Source: a virus. From it: a stretch of 64,000 nucleotides of DNA. The stretch lies in IMG/VR virus record IMGVR_UViG_3300037246_001176, positions 1 through 64,000 of that record; one strand, given 5' to 3'. Made by a program: the position numbers and the translations under genes. Below the pieces are notes generated by a model, which was not told the origin of the DNA, did not search any database, and saw only the letters and a list, made by a program, of their open reading frames with translations. Of the stretch, positions 19,829 through 29,660 are shown one piece after another. Numbering within the stretch: the first letter of the stretch is position 1; every line of letters starts with the position of its first letter.

Positions 19829-20595
19829 GGCAATTTCCTGAAATATGCACTCGGGATCGTGGAGAAAGCGAATTTACGCATAACTGGTTGCCTCTCTCCG
19901 AAAAATTCCTCAATGGCCCTGGCCTCACCTTCCCATGGCTGTTGCCCATACCCGTTAAATGCCACTATCCCCCCCGGTACTACCAATGGATAAAAATACT
20001 CTAGTCCTATCTTCGTAGATTCGTACAGGTTCGTGTCAATATATAACAGGCACAATCTTAGCCCTTTTGCGCCGACCGCGAATTTTGGAACTGTTTCGCA
20101 AATGTCACCCTCAATGATCCTGCACCGCTCCGCCCCCCTCAAGATGTTGTCATCATTATGCAGCTTCACTAGCTCCTTGATCGCGCAGCGATCTGATATG
20201 AGATGATGTTTCAACTTGTTGACATATTCCTGTACTCCGTCGTCCTGATCCGCAAACTTGGAGTAACCCTGGAAGTCGTCAAACCCGAACACCTTTCTGA
20301 TTCGGTCGCCCGGACAAAACGTCTCCAAGAAATTGGCCCATGTGAAAAAACCGCTCCCCCTGTATACCCCTAACTCAACTATTGAGCCTGGCAGATCTAC
20401 TATCTCTCTGAACATTTCGTAATGAGCCAATAGTCGAGGCAAGTCCCGCCGTCTGATGAAGGCTGGGAAACTCTGCATTATTTCTGCCAAATTCAATCCG
20501 CCAATGATCCTCTGTAACTTGTCCCAATGTTCAGCGTCCAGACTATCGTGCCTTCTTCTCACCGGGTCATTTCGGTGTGCTCTCGTCACGAACAT
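19825..20595 (-). CDS. TylF/MycF-family O-methyltransferase
   Basis: LPGSIVELGVYRG, GFDDFQG, LLYIDTNLYESTK, PGGIVAF. Confidence 0.85.
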   Translation of the reverse strand: MFVTRAHRNDPVRRRHDSLDAEHWDKLQRIIGGLNLAEIMQSFPAFIRRRDLPRLLAHYEMFREIVDLPGSIVELGVYRGSGFFTWANFLETFCPGDRIRKVFGFDDFQGYSKFADQDDGVQEYVNKLKHHLISDRCAIKELVKLHNDDNILRGAERCRIIEGDICETVPKFAVGAKGLRLCLLYIDTNLYESTKIGLEYFYPLVVPGGIVAFNGYGQQPWEGEARAIEEFFGERQPVMRKFAFSTIPSAYFRKLP

Positions 20596-21511
20596 CCTCC
20601 ACCTCCGCATATCCAAATCCGCCAGCGCCGAAATCGTTGCCGTTGTAAAACAGCAGCATCTTCCCGTCAACCTTCACGACCGCTGGATATGCCACCATCT
20701 TTGAATCCCATCCTGCGACCGATTTGCTGATTCCTGCCTTTTCGTCTGCCCTTTCCCAGTTTTCTAGGTCTGTAGACCAGGCATATCCGATCCGGTAAGA
20801 ACCTATCCCATCACGAAAATTCCGGCTGTCACGATAACAGAACCACATCTGATAACCGTCTGCTCCTCTGATGACGTATGGGCGCGTTATCGCCTCGTAT
20901 TTTGACCTCGGCTCAATAGTCATTTGACTATCTGGATTCCACGTAATGCCATCGCTCGACCGTGCGTGCCTGATGCCATAAGTATGCTCGTATTTACCGT
21001 CAATCTCGATCCAGCCACTCCCAGATCCGTACCACATATGCCAGACCGCCCTTTCCCTCAATACCATCGGGCTCGTCGCCGAATACGGGTCGTGCAAATT
21101 CTGGCCCAAGATAGGCCCCTCACCCATCTTCCTGAATGTTCTGCCGCCGTCTTCGCTGATGGCTAATCCTGTTGAGTTGATGTATGGTACCGAAACAGCC
21201 CTCGACCAACCACTGTAATATAACAAAATCGCACTCGGCGTCCTCACTGCACAACTTGGCATGATCCCATGCTCATCGAATGTACCCGGCTTTCCCAATT
21301 CCAAGATGGGAGCTGGGTTGATATAGAGAATTTCGGCGGGATCGTCTGCATTGAGATCTACGAAGGTGGTCAGGCTGAGACCAGGCTTGGGCCGTGACGA
21401 GAAGTAAACTCGGACAAAGTCGTCACACACTAGCGGCGTCGGAACCTGTGCATGGCTCTGCATCCATCCGCCCGGCGGCGAAAATATCAAGCCCCGCTTC
21501 TGCCATTTCAT
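20567..21511 (-). CDS. Five-bladed beta-propeller glycoside-hydrolase-like protein
   Basis: SHAQVPTP, FDEHGIMP, YRIGYAWSTDLENW, YNGNDFG. Confidence 0.8.
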   Translation of the reverse strand: MKWQKRGLIFSPPGGWMQSHAQVPTPLVCDDFVRVYFSSRPKPGLSLTTFVDLNADDPAEILYINPAPILELGKPGTFDEHGIMPSCAVRTPSAILLYYSGWSRAVSVPYINSTGLAISEDGGRTFRKMGEGPILGQNLHDPYSATSPMVLRERAVWHMWYGSGSGWIEIDGKYEHTYGIRHARSSDGITWNPDSQMTIEPRSKYEAITRPYVIRGADGYQMWFCYRDSRNFRDGIGSYRIGYAWSTDLENWERADEKAGISKSVAGWDSKMVAYPAVVKVDGKMLLFYNGNDFGAGGFGYAEVEDVRDESTPK

Positions 21512-22497
21512 ACGCCCAAATCCTTCAGCGCCGCTTCACGGACAACTGCGTCCAGCCACTCGTGCCGACTGATGCCTCCCTTAGCAGCTGCGCGCTCGGC
21601 CAGCCGCTTTGTCTCTGGCTTCACGCCCTCTAGCTGCCCTTCGTATCTCGTTCTGTACGTTCCCCCTCTCGTTCCTGGTATCTCAAAGTCAAAGTCGGCA
21701 GTCGGTTCTCCCACTCCTACCCTGAAATCTATCAGGTAGAACACGCCCCCGATCACCCATCGCAGCCGGACATCTCTTGCCTCAATGGGCATCTCTTCTA
21801 GTGGCACTCTTGCCAAAAACTGCTTGTTCGTCGTGACTAAAATCTTGGCGAACTCAGTATTACGTAGCCAGGGCGGTATGCTCTCGTCGCCCACTACGAC
21901 CTTAGCCCCAATCTTGCTTACCCGTACCATCTCTGCCAGACCTCGCTTGATATCAGAGAATTCCCCTAACCCTCCGAAGCTGTAGACGGCGTCAAAATAC
22001 CCGTTTGGATATGGCAGGTAGCAGCCGTTTGAGACGCAGAATTCCGTTGCTGTCTCTGCCAGTCGTGCCCGACACCTGTCCAGCATCTCGGCCGATATAT
22101 CCTGTACCCACAACTCGCCCCTGTCTAACCGCCGCGCGATGATCTCGGAATCCCTGCCCGTCCCTGCGGCTATTTCCAATACACGATCCAACGGCTGCAA
22201 TTCAAGTGCATCCACAAATCTATTTCGACTTCCTTGCTCGCTTACTTCATGCGTCTTGAACGTCAGATGCAAATACCGGTCATAAGCCTCGACCCGTCCG
22301 TCGTAAAACGTCCGCGCCTGCATGTCTTGTTCTGCCAATTCATACGAAAGATTCGGAACCCCATCATTTATCGGATACCCGATCCCTTCTTCCGAGATCA
22401 AAACTCCGGAAATCACCTCGTCTTCTATCGCTTCAAAAATCCTTAGTTGAAGCTTTGACTGTGTGCCTGGACAAACGTAAATGCTCTCTTTTCTCAC
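21508..22497 (-). CDS. Class I SAM methyltransferase with Trm112-like N-terminus
   Basis: YPINDGVPNL; VLEIAAGTG; LPYPNGYFDAV. Confidence 0.85.
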   Translation of the reverse strand: MRKESIYVCPGTQSKLQLRIFEAIEDEVISGVLISEEGIGYPINDGVPNLSYELAEQDMQARTFYDGRVEAYDRYLHLTFKTHEVSEQGSRNRFVDALELQPLDRVLEIAAGTGRDSEIIARRLDRGELWVQDISAEMLDRCRARLAETATEFCVSNGCYLPYPNGYFDAVYSFGGLGEFSDIKRGLAEMVRVSKIGAKVVVGDESIPPWLRNTEFAKILVTTNKQFLARVPLEEMPIEARDVRLRWVIGGVFYLIDFRVGVGEPTADFDFEIPGTRGGTYRTRYEGQLEGVKPETKRLAERAAAKGGISRHEWLDAVVREAALKDLGV

Positions 22498-23162
22498 AGT
22501 TCCCCCCGCAGCTTCAAAAACGACCGGGCGTCCAGCCGGTATTTAGGCGTACTCGGTGCAATGAAGACACTACCCGGTTCCGTGTCTCTCGTGATCAACG
22601 CCCCCGCACCGATGAAGCTCTCTCTGCCAACCGTAATTCCATGTCCGATGGTGGCGTTCATTCCTATGAAACAACGTTGCCCAATTTTTGTATTCCCCCC
22701 TACTGTCACCTGTCCTGCCAGGAAACAGTGATCGCCTACCTCAGAATGATGTCCGATGTGGTTTCCACCCCATAGTGATACGTTACTTCCTATTCGCGCC
22801 GTTGGCTGAACGCTGTTGTGTTCCAAGATCAGGCAATTGTCACCCACTGACCCACCAACCGCAGCCCTCGGATCCACGTAGCTGATCAATTTGTACCTCT
22901 TCGCCTTTGCTGTCCGGTACTTTGCCGCTCTTAGCTCGTTCAGGTTCTGGTAGCCCAATGCTACGAACATCGTATATTCGGCGGGTGGAAACTTCTCCTC
23001 AATTCCTTCAAACGGCAACACCGGTCGCCTCAGGAGATAGTCTTTCAAGATGTAATTCGCGTCAACTGTGAACGCTGCTATCCGGTACAGACCCTGGGCC
23101 AAGAGGTAGTGAGCAACTACCTCGGCGTATTTGCCTGTGCCGAAGATGATTAAGTTCTTCAT
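22494..23162 (-). CDS. Hexapeptide-repeat sugar acyltransferase (NeuD/PglD-like)
   Basis: IIFGTG; FVALGY...R; IGHHSEVGDHCF left-handed beta-helix. Confidence 0.9.
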   Translation of the reverse strand: MKNLIIFGTGKYAEVVAHYLLAQGLYRIAAFTVDANYILKDYLLRRPVLPFEGIEEKFPPAEYTMFVALGYQNLNELRAAKYRTAKAKRYKLISYVDPRAAVGGSVGDNCLILEHNSVQPTARIGSNVSLWGGNHIGHHSEVGDHCFLAGQVTVGGNTKIGQRCFIGMNATIGHGITVGRESFIGAGALITRDTEPGSVFIAPSTPKYRLDARSFLKLRGEL

Positions 23163-24571
23163 AGATATGTCTCTCGCAACCGTACCCGATCTATCTTTCC
23201 GTTCGCGTTCTTGAGCAACGGCCCTTTGACCAGGTGAAAATGTGACGGAATCATGTAGCCAGGCAGTACCTCCCTCAAATCTTCCCGAACGTTTCCATCC
23301 TCCCTAGCACTCACTACCGCTACGATCCGATTCTCTCCATACAATACTGCCGCTTCCGATACGTAATCCAGATAGCAAAGTGCTGCTTCGATCTCTCCTA
23401 ACTCGATCCGGTGGCCCATGTGTTTTATCTGCTGATCTGCCCTGCCCACAAAGTACAATGCACCTTTCTCAAAACGAACCAAGTCACCAGTCTTGTACAC
23501 TGTTTCCTTATACTCTGAATTGAATGGATTTTGGACGAAGTTCTGAGCCGTTCGTTTCAAATCACCGTAGTAGCCTAGCCCGACCTGAGGCCCCAACAGA
23601 CAAAGCTCCTCGTCTAAGACTAGGTAGTCAAAATTGTCTATCAATTCCCCTAAAGGCGGAAAGCCCTGCAGATCCTCAAAGTCTTCCGGTCCTATCTCGT
23701 AGGATGAGCAGATGCAGGTACATTCTGTTGGCCCATACACATTGAATAAACGAGCGTCTGGATAGGCATCATACAACTTTTTAAGTTTGGCCTTCGGATA
23801 CCCTTCCCCGCCGAAGATGAATTGCTCTATATCTCCAAAATTCTGCCCATCCAGAGCCTTCATAGCATCCAAGTAGATCAGCAGTGAAGGAACCGAAAAC
23901 CAAATAGTACATCCAGCCTGGTCGATCACCTTGCATAGCCACTTAGGATCGGTGACACACTTCTTGGACACGGGAACCAGGGTCGCTCCGTGGAACAGCG
24001 ACGCGTAAGTATCAAAGACGGAATTGTCGAAGTACAGAGGGTTGAGACCAGTCAAGACTGCTCTCTGACTTATACCATAGGCCTCCCCGCTCCAGGCTAC
24101 GAAGTTCAGCAGGTTGGCGTGGGTCATGACTGCGCCCTTGGGCATCCCAGTACTGCCCGATGTGTACATGATATACGCTGGGTCAGCTCCAGTCACATTC
24201 TGGTCGGTCAGGTTCTCCCGGCCATGATCCAGACATCTTGCAACGGGAAGGAACTTCTTGGGACGACAGGTCTGAAAAATCTTGTCCAATCTGGGCTGTG
24301 GGCTGTCTGGGTCGTAGACGACGTAGATAGCTCCTATCTTGAGACAGGCGAGCAGGCTGGCGTAGACGTTAGGTTCTTTCTCGCCTCTGATAGCCACTAC
24401 GTCACCCTTCTTGATGCCCTCGGCTAACAGGAATCGAGCTATTTGGCTGGCTCTCTCGTTCAGACTGTGATACCAAATCTGGTCTGTGGGAGTAAACCAT
24501 AGAGCTGTGTTGCCCGGTATCTGCCGAACGACTTTTTCAAATGCCTGACCGAGATTATACGCGTAGCTCAC
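23159..24571 (-). CDS. Stand-alone adenylation enzyme (DltA-like carrier-protein ligase)
   Basis: YTSGSTGMPKG, FDNSV, YGPTE, YKTGDL, RIELGEIE, NANGKIDR. Confidence 0.92.
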   Translation of the reverse strand: MSYAYNLGQAFEKVVRQIPGNTALWFTPTDQIWYHSLNERASQIARFLLAEGIKKGDVVAIRGEKEPNVYASLLACLKIGAIYVVYDPDSPQPRLDKIFQTCRPKKFLPVARCLDHGRENLTDQNVTGADPAYIMYTSGSTGMPKGAVMTHANLLNFVAWSGEAYGISQRAVLTGLNPLYFDNSVFDTYASLFHGATLVPVSKKCVTDPKWLCKVIDQAGCTIWFSVPSLLIYLDAMKALDGQNFGDIEQFIFGGEGYPKAKLKKLYDAYPDARLFNVYGPTECTCICSSYEIGPEDFEDLQGFPPLGELIDNFDYLVLDEELCLLGPQVGLGYYGDLKRTAQNFVQNPFNSEYKETVYKTGDLVRFEKGALYFVGRADQQIKHMGHRIELGEIEAALCYLDYVSEAAVLYGENRIVAVVSAREDGNVREDLREVLPGYMIPSHFHLVKGPLLKNANGKIDRVRLRETYL

Positions 24572-25296
24572 AACACCAGCCCCCCGTCCAGTTCTAATGT
24601 CTTCCCATTGAAAAAATCGTTCTTGATGGCCCACAAAACCCCGTCTGCTATCTCATCTGCCGTACCCAACCGCTTCAACGGTACTTTGCGTACGATACCG
24701 CTCAAGAATGCATCGTTCATTGCTCGTCGCATTCCTGCTGTGTCGGTGTAGCCCGGTGCCACTCCCACTACCCGGATGCCCCACGGCGCTAGTTCTTTCG
24801 CCCATGTTGCTGTCAAGGCATTCACTCCTGCCTTTGATGCCGAATATGCCGACTGCCCTGCGTTCCCCGCTGCACATACTGAACTGATATTTACTATTAT
24901 GCCCTTCGTCCGATGACGTACCATTCTACCCACGACCTGAGCAGTGACGTAGAAAACTGAACTCAGGTTGATCTCTATTACCTGATTCCATCTATCAACC
25001 CGGTCTACCCAACTCACATCCTTCACACTCACCAATGGCTCACTACACATGACTCCAGCATTGTTTACCAGAATCTCGATCCCACCTAATGCCTCGTCGA
25101 TCCTAGATATCGCCTCCCGCACTTCTTGGGCCACCGAAACGTCACATGCCATGAAGTGAAAATCTCCGCTCGATCCTGCTATGTGTTTATCCAGAATCGC
25201 TACTGTCGCTCCTTCTGACACCAGGCGAAACGCGACTTGCTTCCCAATGCCCCGCGCCCCACCGGTGACGATTGCCCGCTTGCCCTTCAGCTCCAC
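24568..25296 (-). CDS. SDR, 3-oxoacyl-ACP reductase-like
   Basis: TGGARGIG, NNAG, YSASK. Confidence 0.92.
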   Translation of the reverse strand: MELKGKRAIVTGGARGIGKQVAFRLVSEGATVAILDKHIAGSSGDFHFMACDVSVAQEVREAISRIDEALGGIEILVNNAGVMCSEPLVSVKDVSWVDRVDRWNQVIEINLSSVFYVTAQVVGRMVRHRTKGIIVNISSVCAAGNAGQSAYSASKAGVNALTATWAKELAPWGIRVVGVAPGYTDTAGMRRAMNDAFLSGIVRKVPLKRLGTADEIADGVLWAIKNDFFNGKTLELDGGLVL

Positions 25297-25505
25297 TCTA
25301 TTCCCCTCGCTTCCAAGACTCTTCTTATCTCGCCAACGCTCTGCATGGTCACGATTTCCTCAAACGTCAGTTCGATCCCCGCCTTCTTCTCAATTGAGAC
25401 TATCAATTCCATGTGTTTCAACGAGTCCCAGATGTCCACGTCCCGCATGGTCAGTGAATCTTCTGCCTCTTCCAATCCGAGCAAGTCCGCCAGCAGCTTC
25501 CTCAT
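25287..25505 (-). CDS. Acyl carrier protein
   Basis: 72 aa, acidic; WDSL phosphopantetheine serine motif; ATGA-coupled start. Confidence 0.9.
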   Translation of the reverse strand: MRKLLADLLGLEEAEDSLTMRDVDIWDSLKHMELIVSIEKKAGIELTFEEIVTMQSVGEIRRVLEARGIEWS

Positions 25506-26374
25506 CCGTCCCGCTTTCTGTAGGCCGGGAAAAACCCGCCGTCTGTACTGCTTGCAAGTTCCTGATAAATTTCGTGGTTCAAGACTTTGCCGCACAGATA
25601 TGCTGACCGCGTCTCGGTCGTCCATCCCCGCTTGAATCGCGTCAATCCGTCCTCTTCGCCTTTTATGCCTGCTCCAGCCCCCAGGTTCAGCCACCATAAA
25701 CTATCCTCATAAAGCTCAATGGCTGCCTGAAACAGCGAGAATGACGCCCCCAACTCGTAGCCCTTTCCGCTTGATGCCCCTAGGTGATAATAACCTATGC
25801 CGCCTTGCACGTACCACAGCGACATCCCGACCACCTCATCCTCGTGTATCGCCCCGAATATATCCAACTCTGGAACCTGTAATTGCTTTCTGAAAGACGT
25901 GCGCGAGAACCGAGCGATGCCCTGGATATTATGTCGTTCTACCAGCTCTCCGTACAGCCGTACCCAATCATCCAACCATTCAAGCGGCCCAGAGCATAAT
26001 TCAACGTATACTTCTCTCTTCGCCTTCTGGATATTGCGCCGATGGTGCTTGCATATCTGTACGTTTTGCAGGTCTATCACGAAATGTTCCTTGAACGGCC
26101 TCACAAAATCAAAGCAGGTGTCTAGATCGCCGCGCTCATAGTTGCCCAGCGGGTCGGCGACCAGTACCAGGCTCACCAGGTCGCCAAGTTCCTCTATGTC
26201 CTTTGCCAAGCCGTTCCAGTTTCGGCAGCAGAACAGGGGATAAACGCCCATCGCGTCCGTGTGCGGCGTGTCTGGGATTTCTCGTTCTAGCACCCATCCC
26301 CCGCTATGAACCAGATGCCGAGGCGTTCCGAATTCGGCCAAAGATTCTGCATATCCGTGATGTGAATAGCTCAT
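25502..26374 (-). CDS. GNAT/FemAB-like acyltransferase
   Basis: HRRNIQKA; YYHLGAS; LNLGAG; GLTRFKRGW. Confidence 0.85.
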   Translation of the reverse strand: MSYSHHGYAESLAEFGTPRHLVHSGGWVLEREIPDTPHTDAMGVYPLFCCRNWNGLAKDIEELGDLVSLVLVADPLGNYERGDLDTCFDFVRPFKEHFVIDLQNVQICKHHRRNIQKAKREVYVELCSGPLEWLDDWVRLYGELVERHNIQGIARFSRTSFRKQLQVPELDIFGAIHEDEVVGMSLWYVQGGIGYYHLGASSGKGYELGASFSLFQAAIELYEDSLWWLNLGAGAGIKGEEDGLTRFKRGWTTETRSAYLCGKVLNHEIYQELASSTDGGFFPAYRKRDG

Positions 26375-27093
26375 TTTCCGTAAAGACTCTTTCTTGCTCT
26401 GTCCCTGTGGAGCCTGCGATGCCATCCCCTGTTTTTGCGCCCCATGAGTCCTGCCCACAGGGAGCCGAAGTCGATCAGGTAGCTGTGGCGTCCGATGACC
26501 GGCCAGAGTTCGTGAATCATCACATTTACTGCCATGCCCGCGCTGAACGAGATGAAGGCAGGCTTGCCGAAAGCCAGTATTTCCCTCTTGATCCTGCCAC
26601 GTTCGTACCACAGCCGAGGCCAGGATTTGGCCCCCGGCGTAATCACATGGCGGACGATGTTGAGAGGCAGCCCGGCCAGGGATTTCGGCCCCACCACCAT
26701 CATCGGCAGCGGCTGCCGCTTGACGGCTCTCATCAGCGGGAATAGTCTCCCCGCCAGCGCCGCGTTCTCAAATACTTTGTCGTTGTGCCATTTTATCCAC
26801 GGTGGGGCGTTCGCTGCGATCCATTTCCGAACGGGACGGAATTGGGGCAGCGCGATTTCGGTAAACATGGCCATTAGGTAATTCGGATGCCGGTGACAAT
26901 TGAGAACCGCATTGCGCAATATGGCGCATTCTTTTTCCTTGCTCCACACTATCCGCTGGGGCGGAAAAAGCAGCGGTGCCATTCCCGGCACTATCGCCTT
27001 CCATTCGCCGTCGTGATAGCGACTGAACGCGAAAGGCCCCTGCTTGATTCGTTGCACGTAATATTTAATCCCTGGTGCGAACAGTTTGATCAT
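26371..27093 (-). CDS. GT-D fold-like glycosyltransferase, paralogue 2
   Basis: FSRYHDGEW; SFSAGM...LIDFGSLW. Confidence 0.65.
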   Translation of the reverse strand: MIKLFAPGIKYYVQRIKQGPFAFSRYHDGEWKAIVPGMAPLLFPPQRIVWSKEKECAILRNAVLNCHRHPNYLMAMFTEIALPQFRPVRKWIAANAPPWIKWHNDKVFENAALAGRLFPLMRAVKRQPLPMMVVGPKSLAGLPLNIVRHVITPGAKSWPRLWYERGRIKREILAFGKPAFISFSAGMAVNVMIHELWPVIGRHSYLIDFGSLWAGLMGRKNRGWHRRLHRDRARKSLYGK

Positions 27094-27815
27094 CGGCCTT
27101 CTAGGTTCTTCCGTATCCGTGCTGGGGTCAGCTTCCTGTGGAACCCCCGTGATATTAGCCCGCACATGCCATCCCACATGGCCCCGAAATCAATGAGGTA
27201 ACTATGCTGTCCGATGACCGGCCACAGGTTATGGATCAGCACCTTCGTCGCACAGCCGGCACTGAACGAGATCAACGCTGGCTTCCCGAACTCCAGTATC
27301 TTCTTCTCGATCTCATCTCGTTCCCACCACGTTTGCGATGTGTTGGTTATTATGTGTCGTGCCACAGGGAATCCAACCTTTTTTATCGGTGCGATCCGCC
27401 TCGGCCCCACTAGCAGGATCGGTAGCTTTTGTTCTTGCATCGCGTGTATCAGCGGGTATAATTGATCCCGTTCCACCGTCGTCCGCCATATTCGCCCATT
27501 GTACCATCTCACCCATAGCGGTACGTTCTCTCTGATCCATGCCTCCAACTCAGCCTGGCAGTTCATTTCCTTGGCGATGTGTCTCTGATGCCACATCGCT
27601 ACCTTGTAGTTTTCGTCCCGGTAACACTCAATCAGCGTCTTCTGCAATTTCGCCCGCTCTTCGGGCCTGTTCCAGTATTGCGACTTCTTTCGCAACGGGA
27701 TCGCTGGCACGAGCGGCTTCCATTCTCCTTCCCCGTACCGCGCGAGGGCGAACGGGACACCGCTCATGATCTGGCGAGCGTAGTAGCCGATTCCTGGGCT
27801 GAAGAGTTTTATCAT
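27090..27815 (-). CDS. GT-D fold-like glycosyltransferase, paralogue 1
   Basis: LARYGEGEW; SFSAGCATKVL...LIDFGAMWD. Confidence 0.65.
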   Translation of the reverse strand: MIKLFSPGIGYYARQIMSGVPFALARYGEGEWKPLVPAIPLRKKSQYWNRPEERAKLQKTLIECYRDENYKVAMWHQRHIAKEMNCQAELEAWIRENVPLWVRWYNGRIWRTTVERDQLYPLIHAMQEQKLPILLVGPRRIAPIKKVGFPVARHIITNTSQTWWERDEIEKKILEFGKPALISFSAGCATKVLIHNLWPVIGQHSYLIDFGAMWDGMCGLISRGFHRKLTPARIRKNLEGR

Positions 27816-28294
27816 CCAATCTGCTCCTCTAGCCACCGGCGCGTTTCAGGGTGTAGCTGCATCTTGTCTTTGTTCTTTTCGTACCACGCTTGAGTATCTG
27901 TTTTTCCCTGCGCTCTGCCAGCACCATACCAGTCGGCAAGCATCTCGCGACGGTAACAGTCAGGCATAGGAAGCACTTTCACACCGCCATTATCCTCTGG
28001 CAAAATCCACCATTGCCAATGATGTCGGCCGCATTTCTGATGCAGCAGCCAAGCGAAATCAAACGCGACGTCACCAGTGTCAGTAGGTTTGTAGTAACCA
28101 GTCTCATCACGAATCTCTCTGCTCGTGCCATCTGGATTGTGGAAATGCCGAGCGTAGGGAAACCACTCACAGGGTCTGAACTTGCTCCAGTCGTGAATCA
28201 GGCCCAACCACGGGATGTCGAACTTACAAGCAGCGAGAAACACATACCACTTGTGCCGAAGCACATAGGACAAATATTTGAGATGTCATTTCAT
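27812..28294 (-). pseudogene. DUF5662-like HD-type protein with TGA at codon 3 (possible restart at TTG 28273)
   Basis: ATG AAA TGA CAT CTC AAA TAT TTG; HKW, HDWSK, HHWQWW motifs. Confidence 0.6.
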
Positions 28295-28944
28295 TAAAAG
28301 TGCCTCAGCTTCGGATCTATGAACCTGACCGCCTTACCCTTCGGCGGCACGCCCACGAACGCGGCTACTCGGTTCACCTCTCGCCCCGGTATCCGGCATA
28401 ACCGTCCGTACCTGAGATCAAGGCGTTCTCCTTCCCATGCTTTCAACACCTGCATGTGTTTCCTCCGGTATCGCTTCGCGATCTCGCGCGCTTCATCCAA
28501 GTCCACATTGACGTGTGAAGTCGCTTTCTTGCCGCGCCGCTTCCACATGCTGTGCGCCGATGCCTCTAGATCGCGCCAGATGTTGATCACCCGCACTTCG
28601 CACTTCGCGACCTCCAGAAAATGAGGAAACACGAAAATGGTGCGCGGATCCTTGAATCCCCATAGTTTGTGCTCCGCCTCGCGCCGCCGCACCAGCTGAC
28701 CGTATGCCTGCCGGCAGGGTTCGAAATTCACTCTCGGCTTCTTCCATCTCAAGACGCCTCCGACGATCTTCTTGTGATGCTCCAGAAAGGTGCGGTCTTC
28801 CCAGTGCCCTCTCACGTTGTACCTCCCCGCCCCCAAGAGCCGATAGCCCATGAACACACTCAGATGATACAGCACCCCTGCCACCGCGCTCGTGCCACAC
28901 CGGTGACCGCCCAGCACAACGATGCAGACACTCATTCGTTCCAT
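28294..28944 (-). CDS. Sulfotransferase-family protein
   Basis: LGGHRCGTS 5'-PSB loop; WGFKDPR. Confidence 0.85.
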   Translation of the reverse strand: MERMSVCIVVLGGHRCGTSAVAGVLYHLSVFMGYRLLGAGRYNVRGHWEDRTFLEHHKKIVGGVLRWKKPRVNFEPCRQAYGQLVRRREAEHKLWGFKDPRTIFVFPHFLEVAKCEVRVINIWRDLEASAHSMWKRRGKKATSHVNVDLDEAREIAKRYRRKHMQVLKAWEGERLDLRYGRLCRIPGREVNRVAAFVGVPPKGKAVRFIDPKLRHF

Positions 28945-29645
28945 CTCATGTCCCGGCCCAGCAGCTCATAGAGCCGCTCGTTGTGCGGCTTGAAATATTC
29001 CGCCAGCCATCGCCGCGTCGCCCAGTGCATTCCCTTCTTCGTCAGCTGCGCGTGCTGTATGAATTTCGGCTCAAACGCGGGCAGGCCCAGATACTCTAGC
29101 ACCTTGCCGTACTCCCTCTGAGTATTCTCCGCCATATCCTCGTACCTGATGACCAGCACCTGCTCTCGCGGAAAGTGCCGGAACCAGCGCTCCAGCTGCT
29201 CGGCGTACTGTCCCCGCAGGAGAAACTGGTTCACGTCCGCCCCCCACCAGTCCACGAACCTCTGTCTCGGCTTCCGTTTGATCGCCTCGTGGAACTTCCC
29301 TTTCTCGCGCCCCAGATGGATGCCCAGGTAGAAGCCCGACAGCGCCCGGTCAACCGGGTTGCGCAGCAGGCAGATCAGCTTCGCCCTCGGAATCATCTGG
29401 GCTATCCGCTCCGGCACCCTCGGATCGACCATGTAGTCCGCCGACTTCTCGCCGCACAGCAGTCCCGTCTTGCGCTTGCCCAGCTGCTGCCCGTACCAGT
29501 GCTTCCCCTTACCGTAGCGCTGGCTGAAAAAGTGAATTTCTTTCCGGGCCACGAAACTGACCCTCGGATGCACCCCGACGTAACGCATCATCGAGGTCGT
29601 CCCGCACCGCTGAGCGCCGATGATTATGTAGTCTGGCAATGCCAT
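28932..29645 (-). CDS. Sulfotransferase (heparan-sulfate sulfotransferase-like fold)
   Basis: IIGAQRCGTTS, KEIHFF, LRNPVDRALS. Confidence 0.93.
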   Translation of the reverse strand: MALPDYIIIGAQRCGTTSMMRYVGVHPRVSFVARKEIHFFSQRYGKGKHWYGQQLGKRKTGLLCGEKSADYMVDPRVPERIAQMIPRAKLICLLRNPVDRALSGFYLGIHLGREKGKFHEAIKRKPRQRFVDWWGADVNQFLLRGQYAEQLERWFRHFPREQVLVIRYEDMAENTQREYGKVLEYLGLPAFEPKFIQHAQLTKKGMHWATRRWLAEYFKPHNERLYELLGRDMRWNE

Positions 29646-29660
29646 TTCGGTTCCCTTTCT

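Noticed and set aside
23159-25505. NRPS/PKS secondary-metabolite cluster
   Set aside because: No condensation, ketosynthase or thioesterase domains; the context is sugar acylation
12913-28288. Genome-wide TGA recoding suggested by two in-frame TGA codons
   Set aside because: TGA is the normal stop in many ATGA/GTGA-coupled genes here
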